Notes: generated from the letters alone by a model not told the origin. Counted from the stretch's first letter, positions 20,417 to 31,055 are shown. The stretch: DNA of 64,000 nt from Leptospira sp. (GCA_034439575.1 JAWXAQ010000016.1:288001-352000), one strand, 5' to 3'. Numbers and translations: made by a program.

Positions 20417-21613
20417 ATGCCCAAAGTATCTAATAATAAAATTCAAAAAAAAACTTCCATTTCCAAAACAAAAGCTAAAACCATAAATCCTCAATCAGAG
20501 GATCAAACAAATGTAGTATGGGTGAGTACCGGATCAAATCAAACCAAAGCGCAAAAAGAATTTAACGATGCTCTGGGTAAACACAAAGAAACCCAAAATA
20601 AAGTCAAAGAAGCGGAAGCTCTCTTTACTCTCGTCAATGAAAGATATCTGAAAGATGTCATCCCTGAAATTGAAAAACAAAAGAGTATGATCAAAAAAAG
20701 ATACACTCTTATGTTTGAGATTCTCACGGAAGAAAAATGTTCCTTATCTGTGACTCAAAGAGAGTTTATCCGTCGTTATCTGATGGAGAGTGCTTATGAA
20801 CTTCTTTCAGAGGACAATGCTTTTTATTTGGGACTGATCGAAGTACTTGAAACCAAAGCTGAAAAACAAGAACGCCTAGGAAACAAACGAAGAGCCGAAG
20901 CTCAAATTAAACAAAAGTTTGGTGTTGATATTGATCTTGATGAATTAAATCAAACAGAATTTGATAGTGAAGAAGAAAGACAAGCGCATGATGAAAAGTT
21001 TAGAGAATTTCGGGAGAAATTTGAAGAATATAGAAACAATCATTATGAAAAATTTGGCAGGGAAGACAGATCCCAAGAAAGAAAAAAATCCAAGGCACAA
21101 ATAGAAAAGGAAAAGAAAATATCGGAGGCAGAAAAGATGATAAGCCTTGATATCAATTCTCTTTTTAAAAGTCTTACAAAACTTATCCATCCAGATAAAG
21201 AATTGGATCCTGTACTTAGAGAAAAAAAATCTCAAATCATGCGAAATCTTTCGGGCGCTAGAGATAATATGAATATAGCTGAGATTTTAGAAATCAAAAT
21301 GCAAGTGGATGAGTTGATTCCTGATAACCAAACCGAAGTTTCATTTAATGACAAAACGATCAAACGATTTGTTTCTATCATTAAAACAAAAATTAAAGAA
21401 TTGGAAATGATGATTTCGAGAAGATTATTTTCGCATCCCTTATTAGAGTCCTATCCTGGTCGGAGTTTGAGTCCAGAATCGCTTAGAAAATATGTTGAAA
21501 AGATAGTAAACGACAATCGTTCCATTACGAAAGTGATCCAGATAGATGTGGAGAGGTTAGAACGTGACCCCAAGCACATTAAGAATATGATTCGTTCTTT
21601 GCAAGAATATTGA
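20417..21613 (+). CDS. Coiled-coil protein with internal J-domain-like HPD motif
   Basis: Highly charged helical protein containing LFKSLTKLIHPDKELDP. Confidence 0.65.
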   Translation: MPKVSNNKIQKKTSISKTKAKTINPQSEDQTNVVWVSTGSNQTKAQKEFNDALGKHKETQNKVKEAEALFTLVNERYLKDVIPEIEKQKSMIKKRYTLMFEILTEEKCSLSVTQREFIRRYLMESAYELLSEDNAFYLGLIEVLETKAEKQERLGNKRRAEAQIKQKFGVDIDLDELNQTEFDSEEERQAHDEKFREFREKFEEYRNNHYEKFGREDRSQERKKSKAQIEKEKKISEAEKMISLDINSLFKSLTKLIHPDKELDPVLREKKSQIMRNLSGARDNMNIAEILEIKMQVDELIPDNQTEVSFNDKTIKRFVSIIKTKIKELEMMISRRLFSHPLLESYPGRSLSPESLRKYVEKIVNDNRSITKVIQIDVERLERDPKHIKNMIRSLQEY

Positions 21614-21616
21614 TTT

Positions 21617-22315
21617 ATGCCTATCAAATCGTTTTTGAATCAAAGAGGAACGAATGTTAGTCGCAGTGGTCTTGGTAAAAATGGAAAGACATTCGAGTCA
21701 GATTATTGGACAGAAATATATGGGAGCGGACTTGACGTAGACGGCTCATACAATGCGAAACAACATGCTACTTACTTACATTCGTTACTTGCACTAATGG
21801 AGATTCCGATTTACAAAATTGCCGATTTTGGATTTGGGAAGGGTATTTTATTAAAAGAATTTGTCAGAACATTTGCACCTGTTAAAGTTTATGCTGTGGA
21901 TGCTTCCAAAGATGCATATCTTGAATTATTAAAAAAAGATTGGGTGAAAAAATCGGATAAATTTCAAGTATATCATTCCTCTTTAGAGGATTTTTCTTTG
22001 GCAAAATTGGAAAGGGAACCTGTAGAACTTGGCATTTGCAATTCCGTTTTACAGTATTTGCCGGACTCAGTTTTGCCCCAAGTGATAGAAAGGCTTGCCA
22101 AATATTGCAATTATTTGTATTTCACAGTCCCCACTAAGGCTGATTATGATTTGATGCGAAAAGAAATGAATTTTTCCGATCCCTATGCCTTCGAACGTAG
22201 CCAAAAAAAATACAGAAAATTACTTTCGAGGGATTTTGAAATCGTCAGTTACAATCTTTTGCAGAGCAAATGGCTCGGCGAAAAGGGGTTTCGTGAGGAG
22301 TTCTTTCGAGTTTAA
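21617..22315 (+). CDS. Class I SAM-dependent methyltransferase
   Basis: IADFGFGKG, YAVDAS, CNSVLQYL. Confidence 0.8.
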   Translation: MPIKSFLNQRGTNVSRSGLGKNGKTFESDYWTEIYGSGLDVDGSYNAKQHATYLHSLLALMEIPIYKIADFGFGKGILLKEFVRTFAPVKVYAVDASKDAYLELLKKDWVKKSDKFQVYHSSLEDFSLAKLEREPVELGICNSVLQYLPDSVLPQVIERLAKYCNYLYFTVPTKADYDLMRKEMNFSDPYAFERSQKKYRKLLSRDFEIVSYNLLQSKWLGEKGFREEFFRV

Positions 22316-22381
22316 TCAGGTAAATTTCTTTACTATTTGAACTCATACCGGAGAATAAGAAAGGTATTTGGAATTCAAAAA

Positions 22382-25300
22382 ATGAAAAGGATTTTTATCT
22401 TAGGGACGATATTCATACAATTCGCGTGCGGGATTCCCTCCCTCACAAGAAACCCTCTAGAATTCTTTTCTCTCCTACGTATATTTGGTCGTTCCTCATC
22501 CACTCTTACTGAACATAGTTTAGGTGGTGCTGTATCTGGCTTACTCTCTGGAACTTCTGTGACTTTGACAAATAACCAGGAATCAGTAATTGTCAGCGCG
22601 GATGGGAATTTTACCTTTCCTACAAAACTTAAATCAGGTACTACCTACAGTGTCACATTGACAACAACTGCCACTAACCTAACATGCACACTTAGCAATG
22701 CCCAAGGGACAGTTCAAAGTTCTGACATTTCCAATGTGAGCGTGACTTGCGGTTGGGGAAATAACTACTATGAGGTGGGAGTCAATGTTTCAGGAATTAG
22801 CGGGACTATCACCGTTCAAAACAATGCTTCAAATTCTTTGAATATTTCTGCCAATGGTCTACATAAATTTTCCGAGCGAATTGCCACTGGATCGAGTTTT
22901 GCTGTGACCATATCTTCGCAACCAGTTGGGACCATATGTTCTTTTGATGAGCCGACATTAACCATAGGTAGTATCGCAACTTCTAATATTACTTTGTATA
23001 TAACCTGCGTTACTGGATACTTGGTTGGTGGAAATTTGCATCTCTCGGCAAGTTCCGATCTTGGCACAAATCTCATTTCTCGAAATGCGTATCTTAGGAC
23101 AAGGGTGGGTTCTTATCCACCTACCTCTTCGTCTGGTTTAGCTGTTCCCAGCGCAGGACCAACAGCTGCTCGGTTCAATAGCCCAGCTATGATCGCAACA
23201 GATTATAATTTTATTTATGTAGCCGATTCAGTAAACGCTGTCATTCGAAAAATCGACAAGTCTAACGGCACAACTACGATCCTCGCGGGAGGAGATACAG
23301 GTGGCGGAACCACTTGCCCTGGAGGCTCGACTGTAAATTGCAAAGATGGTGTTGAAACTGCCGCACAGTTCAATGGTATCGTCGGCCTTGCTACTAATGG
23401 GAATAATTTATATGTTTTGGAGTCAACTGGTAGAAGGATTAGAAAAGTAAATCTTACGAATGCGGTGGTTTCTACCTTTGCCGGAACTGGTTTTGCTGCC
23501 TCAGCGGACAATGCTTCTGGTATGCTTGCATCATTTAACAACCCTTCGTGGATCACGGTATTCAATGGAAACCTTTACGTAGTGGATCGTGGCAATTGTA
23601 CGATACGAGTTGTGAATCCTGTTACGACTGCTGTCACCACTCTTGCTGGTGGTCCGACACTTTGTAACTTTACAAATGATCCAATAGGAACAAACGCTCG
23701 TTTTGTTTCTCCGTTAGGCATTGTAGGTCTTGGTACTTACCTTTATGTAACTGATATAGGACCAGGGGGAGGACATAAAATTCGCCGTATCTCACTTAGC
23801 GGAACAAATGCGGTTGATACGATTGCTGGCGATGGTGTGCAAGCCTCAACTGATGGATTTGGCACAAATGCCCAGTTCAATGACCCCCACGGTATCACAA
23901 CAGATGGAACAAATTTATTTATTTCAGAATGGTCCGGACACAAAATTCGACATGTGCGTTTATCAGATAATAAAGTAACAACTTTAGTAGGCAGTGTTTC
24001 TGGTTATGAAGACAATACTTCCGGGAATGGTCTTTTGAATTTTCCGGGTTATATTTTGTCTGATGGAGTGAATATTTATATTTCCGACACAGGCAATCAT
24101 TCCATCCGTTACCTTGAGCATTCCGAAATTCTTCGTTATACGTTTGATGGAGATTCAAATGATTCTATCGGAACTAACCACGGTTTATTGACAGGTTCCC
24201 CGACGACAACTACGGATGAAAACGGAAATGCCAGTGGTGCGTATGAATTTGATGGCAGTACCCAATACATCCAATCAACATCCAACATATCTCCTGTGAT
24301 TACAGACAACCTAACAATTTCTGCTTGGGTTTATCCTGCGGGTGTTTCAGGAAGCCAATTTCTTTTTTATAATGGACAAGGTGGCGCCAATGGCTACGGA
24401 GTTATTTTCAATGGTAGTAATCGAACTATCAATATATCCTTAGGTGGTGTGGCGGCTAGTGGAAATTCAACCATGATGTTACCTTTAAACCAATGGTCTC
24501 ATATAGTCCTTACACGAAAGGCTACGAACTGGCAAGTTTTTATAAATGGCAAAAGTGATTCACTAGTTTTTTCACTAGCACCAATTGCTCCAGCTAGTAC
24601 TTTCAAAGTGGCTGATGCAGGAAATGGTTTTTATTTCAAAGGTAAAATCTCTGATGTGCGTTTTCTAAATGGTGCACTAGACAATGATGCGATCCAAAAA
24701 CTTGCCATCCAAGTTCCGTCTGGCCTTATCTCCTATTTCCCGTTAAATGGCAATTCTAAAGATTATGGAAATTATCTAAATCATTTGACCGTATCTGGTG
24801 CTACTACAACGACAGATAGAAATGGTCACGCCAATGGTGCCTACAATTTTAATGGTGGCGCCTTTATGCAAAAATTAAATCCGAGTGGTTTGCCGACGGG
24901 AAGCAGCCCACGTACGAATTGTGTTTGGTTTAGAACGACAAACACTGTTGGTCAATATTTAGTGGGTTACGGCCTTATGAACCCACCTGCTGGTCTTGGC
25001 AATGGACTTGTGATCACCTCAACTGTCACTGGCAATTTTGGTGTCACAGACGATGCCAATGTCTTTCATGAGGAATTCATAAATCAGTGGATGCACCTTT
25101 GTGGAATTTACGATTCTACGACAGCCTATGTCTATGAGAATGGAGTGTTGCGTCATTCCGAACCTAAAACTTGGTCAACGGCCACGAGTCCAAATTTAGA
25201 AGTGGGAAGACTCATCAATGGAACGGGGAATTTTTTTGGTGATATCGACGATGTGCGAATTTACAATCGTGCATTATCTGTCTCTGAAATGAAAGCTTTA

Positions 25301-26086
25301 GCTGGGCATTACCCGACACAAGTCAGTAGCTGGAACCAAACACTCGCTAGCAGTAGTTTGAAGTTTTTTCTTATGCCACAAGCCACTACTTATAGTGGTG
25401 GCCTTTGTAGTGGAGGAGTCAATTGTGTTAGTGCTTGGAATGATAGAAGTGGCAGCGGTTATAATGTTAGTCAAGGTTTAGGTACTTCACAGCCATTTTA
25501 TAATGCGACTGGAATCAATGGTTCACCTGCTGTGCGTTTTGTGGGCACTGTAGTAACTCCAGCATATATGACGAAAGTATGTGAGCCAGCTCTTAATTCA
25601 ACTTCCAATTCAATTTTTGCTGTTCTGCGAGAAGTAGATGTCACTGGCAATAATGGAATTTTCCAAAATGGAGCTCAGACATCAGGAAAACTAGTTTACT
25701 TCCCTGATGCCGGCGGTAACAGGCTAAGTTTAATGGATCGTCAAATTGCTGCAGATAAATTAATTACAACTGGAGCCTTTAACATTTCGAATGAAGAGGT
25801 TATAATGGCTTTGAACTTTAATGGTACAAGTGGAAATATTTATAAGAGTGGTTCTTTAGTCGGATCCAATAGTTTCGCTGGTATAGCTTATAATTGTAGC
25901 GGAGGGGATTTACATATCGGTCGCAAATATAATGGTGGGATCTTCCCTTTTGATGGAGATTATTTCGAAGGATTCATCGGTGACTTTCTTTACTTCGACC
26001 AAGTTCTTTCTGCTAGTGATCGCCAAATTGTAGAATGTTATTTATCCAATAAATATAATATCCCTGTCGGACATACTTGTCCCTAA
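22382..26086 (+). CDS. Large surface lipoprotein with Ig-like repeats, NHL repeats and LamG/concanavalin-like domains
   Basis: Lipobox IQFAC. Repeated beta-sandwich units. NHL motifs (FNSP..IATD..YVAD..N..IRKI). LamG motifs (TISAWV, QWSHI, GDIDDVRIYNRALS). Confidence 0.85.
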   Translation: MKRIFILGTIFIQFACGIPSLTRNPLEFFSLLRIFGRSSSTLTEHSLGGAVSGLLSGTSVTLTNNQESVIVSADGNFTFPTKLKSGTTYSVTLTTTATNLTCTLSNAQGTVQSSDISNVSVTCGWGNNYYEVGVNVSGISGTITVQNNASNSLNISANGLHKFSERIATGSSFAVTISSQPVGTICSFDEPTLTIGSIATSNITLYITCVTGYLVGGNLHLSASSDLGTNLISRNAYLRTRVGSYPPTSSSGLAVPSAGPTAARFNSPAMIATDYNFIYVADSVNAVIRKIDKSNGTTTILAGGDTGGGTTCPGGSTVNCKDGVETAAQFNGIVGLATNGNNLYVLESTGRRIRKVNLTNAVVSTFAGTGFAASADNASGMLASFNNPSWITVFNGNLYVVDRGNCTIRVVNPVTTAVTTLAGGPTLCNFTNDPIGTNARFVSPLGIVGLGTYLYVTDIGPGGGHKIRRISLSGTNAVDTIAGDGVQASTDGFGTNAQFNDPHGITTDGTNLFISEWSGHKIRHVRLSDNKVTTLVGSVSGYEDNTSGNGLLNFPGYILSDGVNIYISDTGNHSIRYLEHSEILRYTFDGDSNDSIGTNHGLLTGSPTTTTDENGNASGAYEFDGSTQYIQSTSNISPVITDNLTISAWVYPAGVSGSQFLFYNGQGGANGYGVIFNGSNRTINISLGGVAASGNSTMMLPLNQWSHIVLTRKATNWQVFINGKSDSLVFSLAPIAPASTFKVADAGNGFYFKGKISDVRFLNGALDNDAIQKLAIQVPSGLISYFPLNGNSKDYGNYLNHLTVSGATTTTDRNGHANGAYNFNGGAFMQKLNPSGLPTGSSPRTNCVWFRTTNTVGQYLVGYGLMNPPAGLGNGLVITSTVTGNFGVTDDANVFHEEFINQWMHLCGIYDSTTAYVYENGVLRHSEPKTWSTATSPNLEVGRLINGTGNFFGDIDDVRIYNRALSVSEMKALAGHYPTQVSSWNQTLASSSLKFFLMPQATTYSGGLCSGGVNCVSAWNDRSGSGYNVSQGLGTSQPFYNATGINGSPAVRFVGTVVTPAYMTKVCEPALNSTSNSIFAVLREVDVTGNNGIFQNGAQTSGKLVYFPDAGGNRLSLMDRQIAADKLITTGAFNISNEEVIMALNFNGTSGNIYKSGSLVGSNSFAGIAYNCSGGDLHIGRKYNGGIFPFDGDYFEGFIGDFLYFDQVLSASDRQIVECYLSNKYNIPVGHTCP

Positions 26087-26135
26087 ATTGAAATCGAATT
26101 CTGTTGTCTAAATATTTCATTATCTGGTTCTCAAT

Positions 26136-26789
26136 TTGGAAATAATTAAATCTTATTTATCGCTAGATTTTATAATATTCGAAATTTTGAATTACCCTGT
26201 CAGCTTACTTGAATTTATTGGGATCATATCTGGTCTCATTTGTGTGTACACTGCCGCCAAAAATCAAATCATCACATGGCCAATTGGTATAATAAATTCT
26301 GTATGTTTTTTATTTTTATTTTACCAAGTACAATTGTACTCGGATATGATATTGCAGATTTACTTTTTCGCTTCGAGCATTTATGGATGGATTTTTTGGC
26401 AAAAAAGAAAGGGGAAAGAGATTCCGATCACAAGTGCTTCACAAAAAGTATTTATTTATTTAATATTAATTATTATTATTTCAAGTTATCTGTTAGGTGA
26501 ATTTACTCTTAGACTTCCTATTTTCTTTCCTGTTTACTTTCCATTGCCTCCAGCGTTTCCTTACTTTGATGCCTTCACAACCACTGCAAGTGTCGTCGCA
26601 AATTTTTTACTCGCAAGACGTATATTGCAAGCATGGTATCTATGGGTAGCCGTGGATGTGGTTTGTATTGTTATTTATTTTATGAAGGGAATTGATCTGA
26701 TCGCTATAGAATATATTGTGTTTTTGATGATTGCCATCCAAGGCATTCGACATTGGAATGCGGAGTTTAAGCTCCAGCATTCCGTTTGA
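26136..26789 (+). CDS. pnuC: PnuC-family vitamin (nicotinamide riboside) transporter
   Basis: WPIGIINS, LYSDMILQIYF, YGWIFW, DAFTT, WYLWVAVD. Confidence 0.88.
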   Translation: MEIIKSYLSLDFIIFEILNYPVSLLEFIGIISGLICVYTAAKNQIITWPIGIINSVCFLFLFYQVQLYSDMILQIYFFASSIYGWIFWQKRKGKEIPITSASQKVFIYLILIIIISSYLLGEFTLRLPIFFPVYFPLPPAFPYFDAFTTTASVVANFLLARRILQAWYLWVAVDVVCIVIYFMKGIDLIAIEYIVFLMIAIQGIRHWNAEFKLQHSV

Positions 26790-27105
26790 TTTTGTCGGCC
26801 ACAAAAGCTTTGTAAGCTGGTGAACCAAAACTAACATCCATACGAATGATTTCAGGCGCAATGTATGGATGTTTTTTCATTATGTAGTCTTCGATAGCTG
26901 CGTAATGAGTGGCATCTGCTTTGAGTAAAATTTTATTTTCTGTATCAACGGTAATTTTTCCATCCCACATATAAACAAGTTCTACTTCGGGGAAAATAGT
27001 CCCCGATTTAATGATTCCTTGTTCTAACATTTCAGAGATATGCTCTTCGGCCATATCCCTGTCTCCAATTGTCGTAAAAACTAAAATCTCTTCCGATGAT
27101 GCCAT
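26767..27105 (-). CDS. cutA: CutA divalent-cation tolerance protein
   Basis: YMWDGKITVDTE, HPYIAPEII. Confidence 0.85.
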   Translation of the reverse strand: MASSEEILVFTTIGDRDMAEEHISEMLEQGIIKSGTIFPEVELVYMWDGKITVDTENKILLKADATHYAAIEDYIMKKHPYIAPEIIRMDVSFGSPAYKAFVADKIKRNAGA

Positions 27106-27123
27106 TTAAATTTGCTCCGTAAT

Positions 27124-29571
27124 TTAGTTCTTTGAAAAACTAAATTCTAAATCCTCTCCAAGTTCACTCACTCCCTGCAATCGTACAAGTGAATTTCCAG
27201 GTACATCTTTTTGCAAATCGAGTTGCATCCCATTGGTTCGGATACCACTGCTACCAGGAGTCCAAGTGCCCGCATAAGTTTTAGTGACTTTATCATTAAT
27301 TTTTAAGTTAGCTTTGAAATCTTGATTGGCACCAGTCACCTCTAAGCTAAGTTTTTGTGGGCCTGATTTGGGATTCCAATATACACCCGACCAATTCCCG
27401 ATAAAATCTTTTGGCAATTCGGCGAGGCTAAAGGCCCTCTTTTTCACTTTATTTTGTTCTGGGTTTAAAAAAACGGAAACTAAGTTAGAGTCTTTGGATT
27501 CAGCACCAAACTCTGATTTGGAGCGAACACTATAAAGATAAAGATCCCCAGCACTGCCTGGGAAATTTTCAGAATAAGTAGTTTGTATACCAGGAACAGA
27601 ATTTACGAAATCGAATTTCTTTGCCGTTGCACCTGATTTTGATTTCATTAGTTTGCGATACACATAGTATTCGTTAGAGTCTTTGACCGCTTTCCACTTA
27701 AGTTTGATTTTATTGTCTTTGGAATTGATCTCAGAACTTAAATTAGCTGGAGGTGCCAAGGTTTTTCCTGCAGCACGTTTAGCTAATTCGGGATCAACAC
27801 TTCCTACAACATAGTCGCTCTGTTCAGAATATCCAGCTGTATTGTACGCATACAATGTATAGGAAAAGTAACCACCCTTTAAGACTTTAGGATCTTTATC
27901 TTCATAACTAGAACCAGATACGGTAAATTCTTTAGATAGTTCCGCATTTTCATCAAATCTAAAAACATAATAACCTGTGGCGCCAGGAACCTGAGTCCAA
28001 CTGATCACAATTTTATCTGGGTATTCACCATCTGATGCATGTAAGTCGGATACTTGGCCGGAAGGGGCTAATTCTGCTTCCTCAGAACCAATATCAATGC
28101 CGAAACTTTCACTCCATGCTCCTAGTTTTCGATTACTAGAAACTGCTCTAACCCGGTATGTGTTAGTTGCCTCTTTTGAGGGAGAGCTGTCCGTATAAGA
28201 AGGGCTGGAAACATTCCCTAGAATTTTCCATTTGCCACCGGATGTTGCTTTAGAAACTGAATAATTGGAGATACCATCAATTTCTGACCAAGTGATTGTC
28301 ACCTTTGCTTGGTTACCCTCTAAAGAAGTAGATCCATGAATTCCTACGACTTGCGGTGGGTTAGCATCAAAATTTACCTTAGCCAAGGTATAACCTTCCA
28401 CTTCCTTCGAAGCCCCGGAACTTTCTTCATTCGACATAGAGATGACGCGATAAAAATAAGTAGTACTTGGCGTTACGTTGGTGTCGATAAAGGAAGTTGT
28501 ATTTGAATAGGCGATATCAGTAAAATTTTTCTCTTCTTCGTCTCTTCTTTGGATTTGGTAATTGATGGCACCGGCACTCGCTTCCCAATTGAGAGTAATT
28601 TTTATATCAGATTCTCCTCTGGACGCATTTACATTATTAGGTGGAGAAAGAGGCTTCACCACAACATTGTTTGTATTGGGAGTGTTATTGATTTTTGTAT
28701 CATCAATTAATGCATAGGCTTCCTGACCAACGCTTGCGAGCATTCCGTAAGACAACCAACCAAAACCTTTATCGCCCCAACGATCTCCCCAGGAGTTTTG
28801 AAATTTGAAAGCACCTTGGTGGCCTTTTTTTGATTTTTTATTATCATCATAACCAACAATCGTCATGGCATGACCACCATAACTTTTTCCACCTGCTTGG
28901 TCATAAATTTCGGATCCTTTTACTTTATAGAAGGCATCATCTATTACGATTCCAAAAAGGACAACGTTTCCGCCAGCTAATACGCGCTTGATATCATCTG
29001 GTTTTTTAATATTCAGTCGAGAATAAGATTTAATTCGATAATTCATCGCTTCCTGTTTGGCGGAAGCAGAAGGTTGGGATCTATAATCCTTATCCGAGTA
29101 GGGCATACTACTCCAAGGTACAACTCCACTTTTTTGGAGGAAGTCCATGGTTTTGTAATAGTATAATCCTTCGTCTTTTCCTCCGTTTTGTTGGTTATAA
29201 ATAAAAGCGGGAGAAAATACATTTTTACCATTGCCGCCAGCAAAAGGAGGATCATAACTGGAAAATTTCCCGCCACTTTTTGCCAAATAAGATTTGATCG
29301 CATAACCAGAAGCCCAGGCCACACAACTGTTTTGTTGGCCTTGGTTTCCTACAGGTGGCATTTTGGAAGAAAGATCCACACTTGAGGGTAGGTCCTCAAA
29401 GCTATTAAAATCGCGTTTGAGTGGGATGGTATCTTGAATTTCTTTAGGAGCAGGCTGGTAACCACAGTTAAACGTATCAGGTTTGCAATTTTTTGACCGA
29501 ACAGAATTTGGATCAAACTCTTGGGCTATAAGTGGACTAAAAGTGAGAAGGGCAATAAGTAAAAGCTTCAT
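27124..29571 (-). CDS. Secreted papain-like (C1) cysteine peptidase with C-terminal fibronectin-III repeats
   Basis: Signal peptide. Catalytic motifs QGQQNSCVAW, GGHAMTIVGY and QNSWG. Four Fn3-like repeats (PPNNVNAS...W...Y.I.R). Confidence 0.9.
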   Translation of the reverse strand: MKLLLIALLTFSPLIAQEFDPNSVRSKNCKPDTFNCGYQPAPKEIQDTIPLKRDFNSFEDLPSSVDLSSKMPPVGNQGQQNSCVAWASGYAIKSYLAKSGGKFSSYDPPFAGGNGKNVFSPAFIYNQQNGGKDEGLYYYKTMDFLQKSGVVPWSSMPYSDKDYRSQPSASAKQEAMNYRIKSYSRLNIKKPDDIKRVLAGGNVVLFGIVIDDAFYKVKGSEIYDQAGGKSYGGHAMTIVGYDDNKKSKKGHQGAFKFQNSWGDRWGDKGFGWLSYGMLASVGQEAYALIDDTKINNTPNTNNVVVKPLSPPNNVNASRGESDIKITLNWEASAGAINYQIQRRDEEEKNFTDIAYSNTTSFIDTNVTPSTTYFYRVISMSNEESSGASKEVEGYTLAKVNFDANPPQVVGIHGSTSLEGNQAKVTITWSEIDGISNYSVSKATSGGKWKILGNVSSPSYTDSSPSKEATNTYRVRAVSSNRKLGAWSESFGIDIGSEEAELAPSGQVSDLHASDGEYPDKIVISWTQVPGATGYYVFRFDENAELSKEFTVSGSSYEDKDPKVLKGGYFSYTLYAYNTAGYSEQSDYVVGSVDPELAKRAAGKTLAPPANLSSEINSKDNKIKLKWKAVKDSNEYYVYRKLMKSKSGATAKKFDFVNSVPGIQTTYSENFPGSAGDLYLYSVRSKSEFGAESKDSNLVSVFLNPEQNKVKKRAFSLAELPKDFIGNWSGVYWNPKSGPQKLSLEVTGANQDFKANLKINDKVTKTYAGTWTPGSSGIRTNGMQLDLQKDVPGNSLVRLQGVSELGEDLEFSFSKN

Positions 29572-29585
29572 TGGTTTGCGGTGTT

Positions 29586-30083
29586 TCATGGTTTGATTCC
29601 TTTCATAATCGTGACGATTTCTTTTTTGGTTTTAAATTCGCTTTTATCAATATCTTGGAAAAGATAATAAAATTTAGATTTTTTGGTTCCTAAGTGAAAC
29701 TCAACGGTGTTATAGTTGACACCTAACAATCTTTCTTTGGGCAATTCTTCTATTCCGAATTTTTCTATGCCCAATTTGATAAGTTTCGAAGATATTTTTT
29801 CATAAGTTTTCTCTGAAATTCGCTTCTTAGTATGCACAATGGATTCGCCAGCCTTAGTTTCTTTTCGAAAAATAAATAATCCATGTTTGGTGGCTTCTAT
29901 ATAGGTATCGAGAGTATAACGGTATTCAGGTGCAACAGCTCCAGAACTTTCAGACAGAGATATGTGCAGGGTGCGCCAGTCTCCCGCTTCGTTTTTTAAG
30001 GGATTATTCTTGAGATTGGTTTTGTCAGAAGCATTTAATTCCATAATTGCAAAAAGGAAAAAAAAATAGATAAGGATACGCAC
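29586..30083 (-). CDS. Secreted hypothetical protein
   Basis: Signal peptide (GTG start) and SSGAVAPEYRY motif. Immediately upstream of the C1 peptidase. Confidence 0.7.
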   Translation of the reverse strand: MRILIYFFFLFAIMELNASDKTNLKNNPLKNEAGDWRTLHISLSESSGAVAPEYRYTLDTYIEATKHGLFIFRKETKAGESIVHTKKRISEKTYEKISSKLIKLGIEKFGIEELPKERLLGVNYNTVEFHLGTKKSKFYYLFQDIDKSEFKTKKEIVTIMKGIKP

Positions 30084-30145
30084 GGGAACACAATCCTATC
30101 TAGAATTATAGAATAAGCAATTATTTTTATATGGGATTTTTCCCT

Positions 30146-30394
30146 TTACGTAGGGGAATTGTCTGTTGGGTCTTTTCGGTAAGCCGCAACTCCATCCATA
30201 AATTTTTCAAGGATTCCGGATTGTTTGATGGTCCTTCCAACTCTTTGCCAAAATCGGATTTTCCCTTGGAACTGATTCCATTCCAATTCCAAGTCCAATC
30301 GTTTGATTTTTAAAAGCATACGTAGTTCATCAAGACTCATGTCTCTAGGGTCTTTACTGGAATAGAGATCGTGGTCTTTGAGTGGATTGAACAT
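30146..30394 (-). CDS. Small hypothetical protein (YqjK-like position)
   Basis: 82 aa, 1 nt after the preceding gene; helical with RLDLELEW. Confidence 0.6.
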   Translation of the reverse strand: MFNPLKDHDLYSSKDPRDMSLDELRMLLKIKRLDLELEWNQFQGKIRFWQRVGRTIKQSGILEKFMDGVAAYRKDPTDNSPT

Positions 30395-30395
30395 T

Positions 30396-30767
30396 TTATT
30401 TTTTGGACTTCAAAACAACTTCAATGAGAATGATGGCAAAAAATAAAAAGATCCCGGATGTCACAAAACTGGAAAGGATAGGGTCTCCATTCATTAAAAA
30501 CTTTTGAAGGCTTAAAAAAACGGCATAGGATAGATAAACGAAGGCGATGAAGATAAAAAAGAGAGCAGAGAAAATCCAAACGGATGAGAATATTAAATTT
30601 CTTAAGAAGAGATGGATATTTTTCTCAATGTAAATAGCCATGACCTCCCAATAAGCGACAAGCTTATCTAGAAGGTCATAGAAAGCCGCTTTGATCCCGC
30701 CTTTTTTGCGAGATTGATTGCTGCCGGTTGGATTTTGCGATTGGGAGTTTTTTTCTCTACTAGACAA
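30396..30767 (-). CDS. Two-TM membrane protein (YqjE/phage-holin-like)
   Basis: Two long hydrophobic helices; follows a DUF883-like gene. Confidence 0.6.
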   Translation of the reverse strand: MSSREKNSQSQNPTGSNQSRKKGGIKAAFYDLLDKLVAYWEVMAIYIEKNIHLFLRNLIFSSVWIFSALFFIFIAFVYLSYAVFLSLQKFLMNGDPILSSFVTSGIFLFFAIILIEVVLKSKK

Positions 30768-30770
30768 AAC

Positions 30771-31055
30771 TTATTTTCTTTTGAAAAACCAACCGAGTGC
30801 TAAGCCAACGCCAAGGCCCACACCGAAACCAATCACTGCCGCTTTTTGTGGGTTTTCTTTTACGTAATTTCCTACGTTATCAATTACTTCTTTGGCTCTA
30901 AGTGTAGCTTCTTCACTAGCTTTTCCGAATTTTTGTTTGATATCAGATACTTGTTCCATATATTTCTCCTTGGCGATTCGCTCAATTTCCTTTGCTTTCT
31001 TCTCGTATAACTTGATCTCGTCGATCAATGATTTGTGAGGTTTTGTTTCTTCCAT
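30771..31055 (-). CDS. DUF883/ElaB/YqjD-like tail-anchored protein
   Basis: Charged helix, then YVKENPQKAAVIGFGVGLGVGLALGWFFKRK (typical DUF883 C-terminal TM). Confidence 0.78.
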   Translation of the reverse strand: MEETKPHKSLIDEIKLYEKKAKEIERIAKEKYMEQVSDIKQKFGKASEEATLRAKEVIDNVGNYVKENPQKAAVIGFGVGLGVGLALGWFFKRK

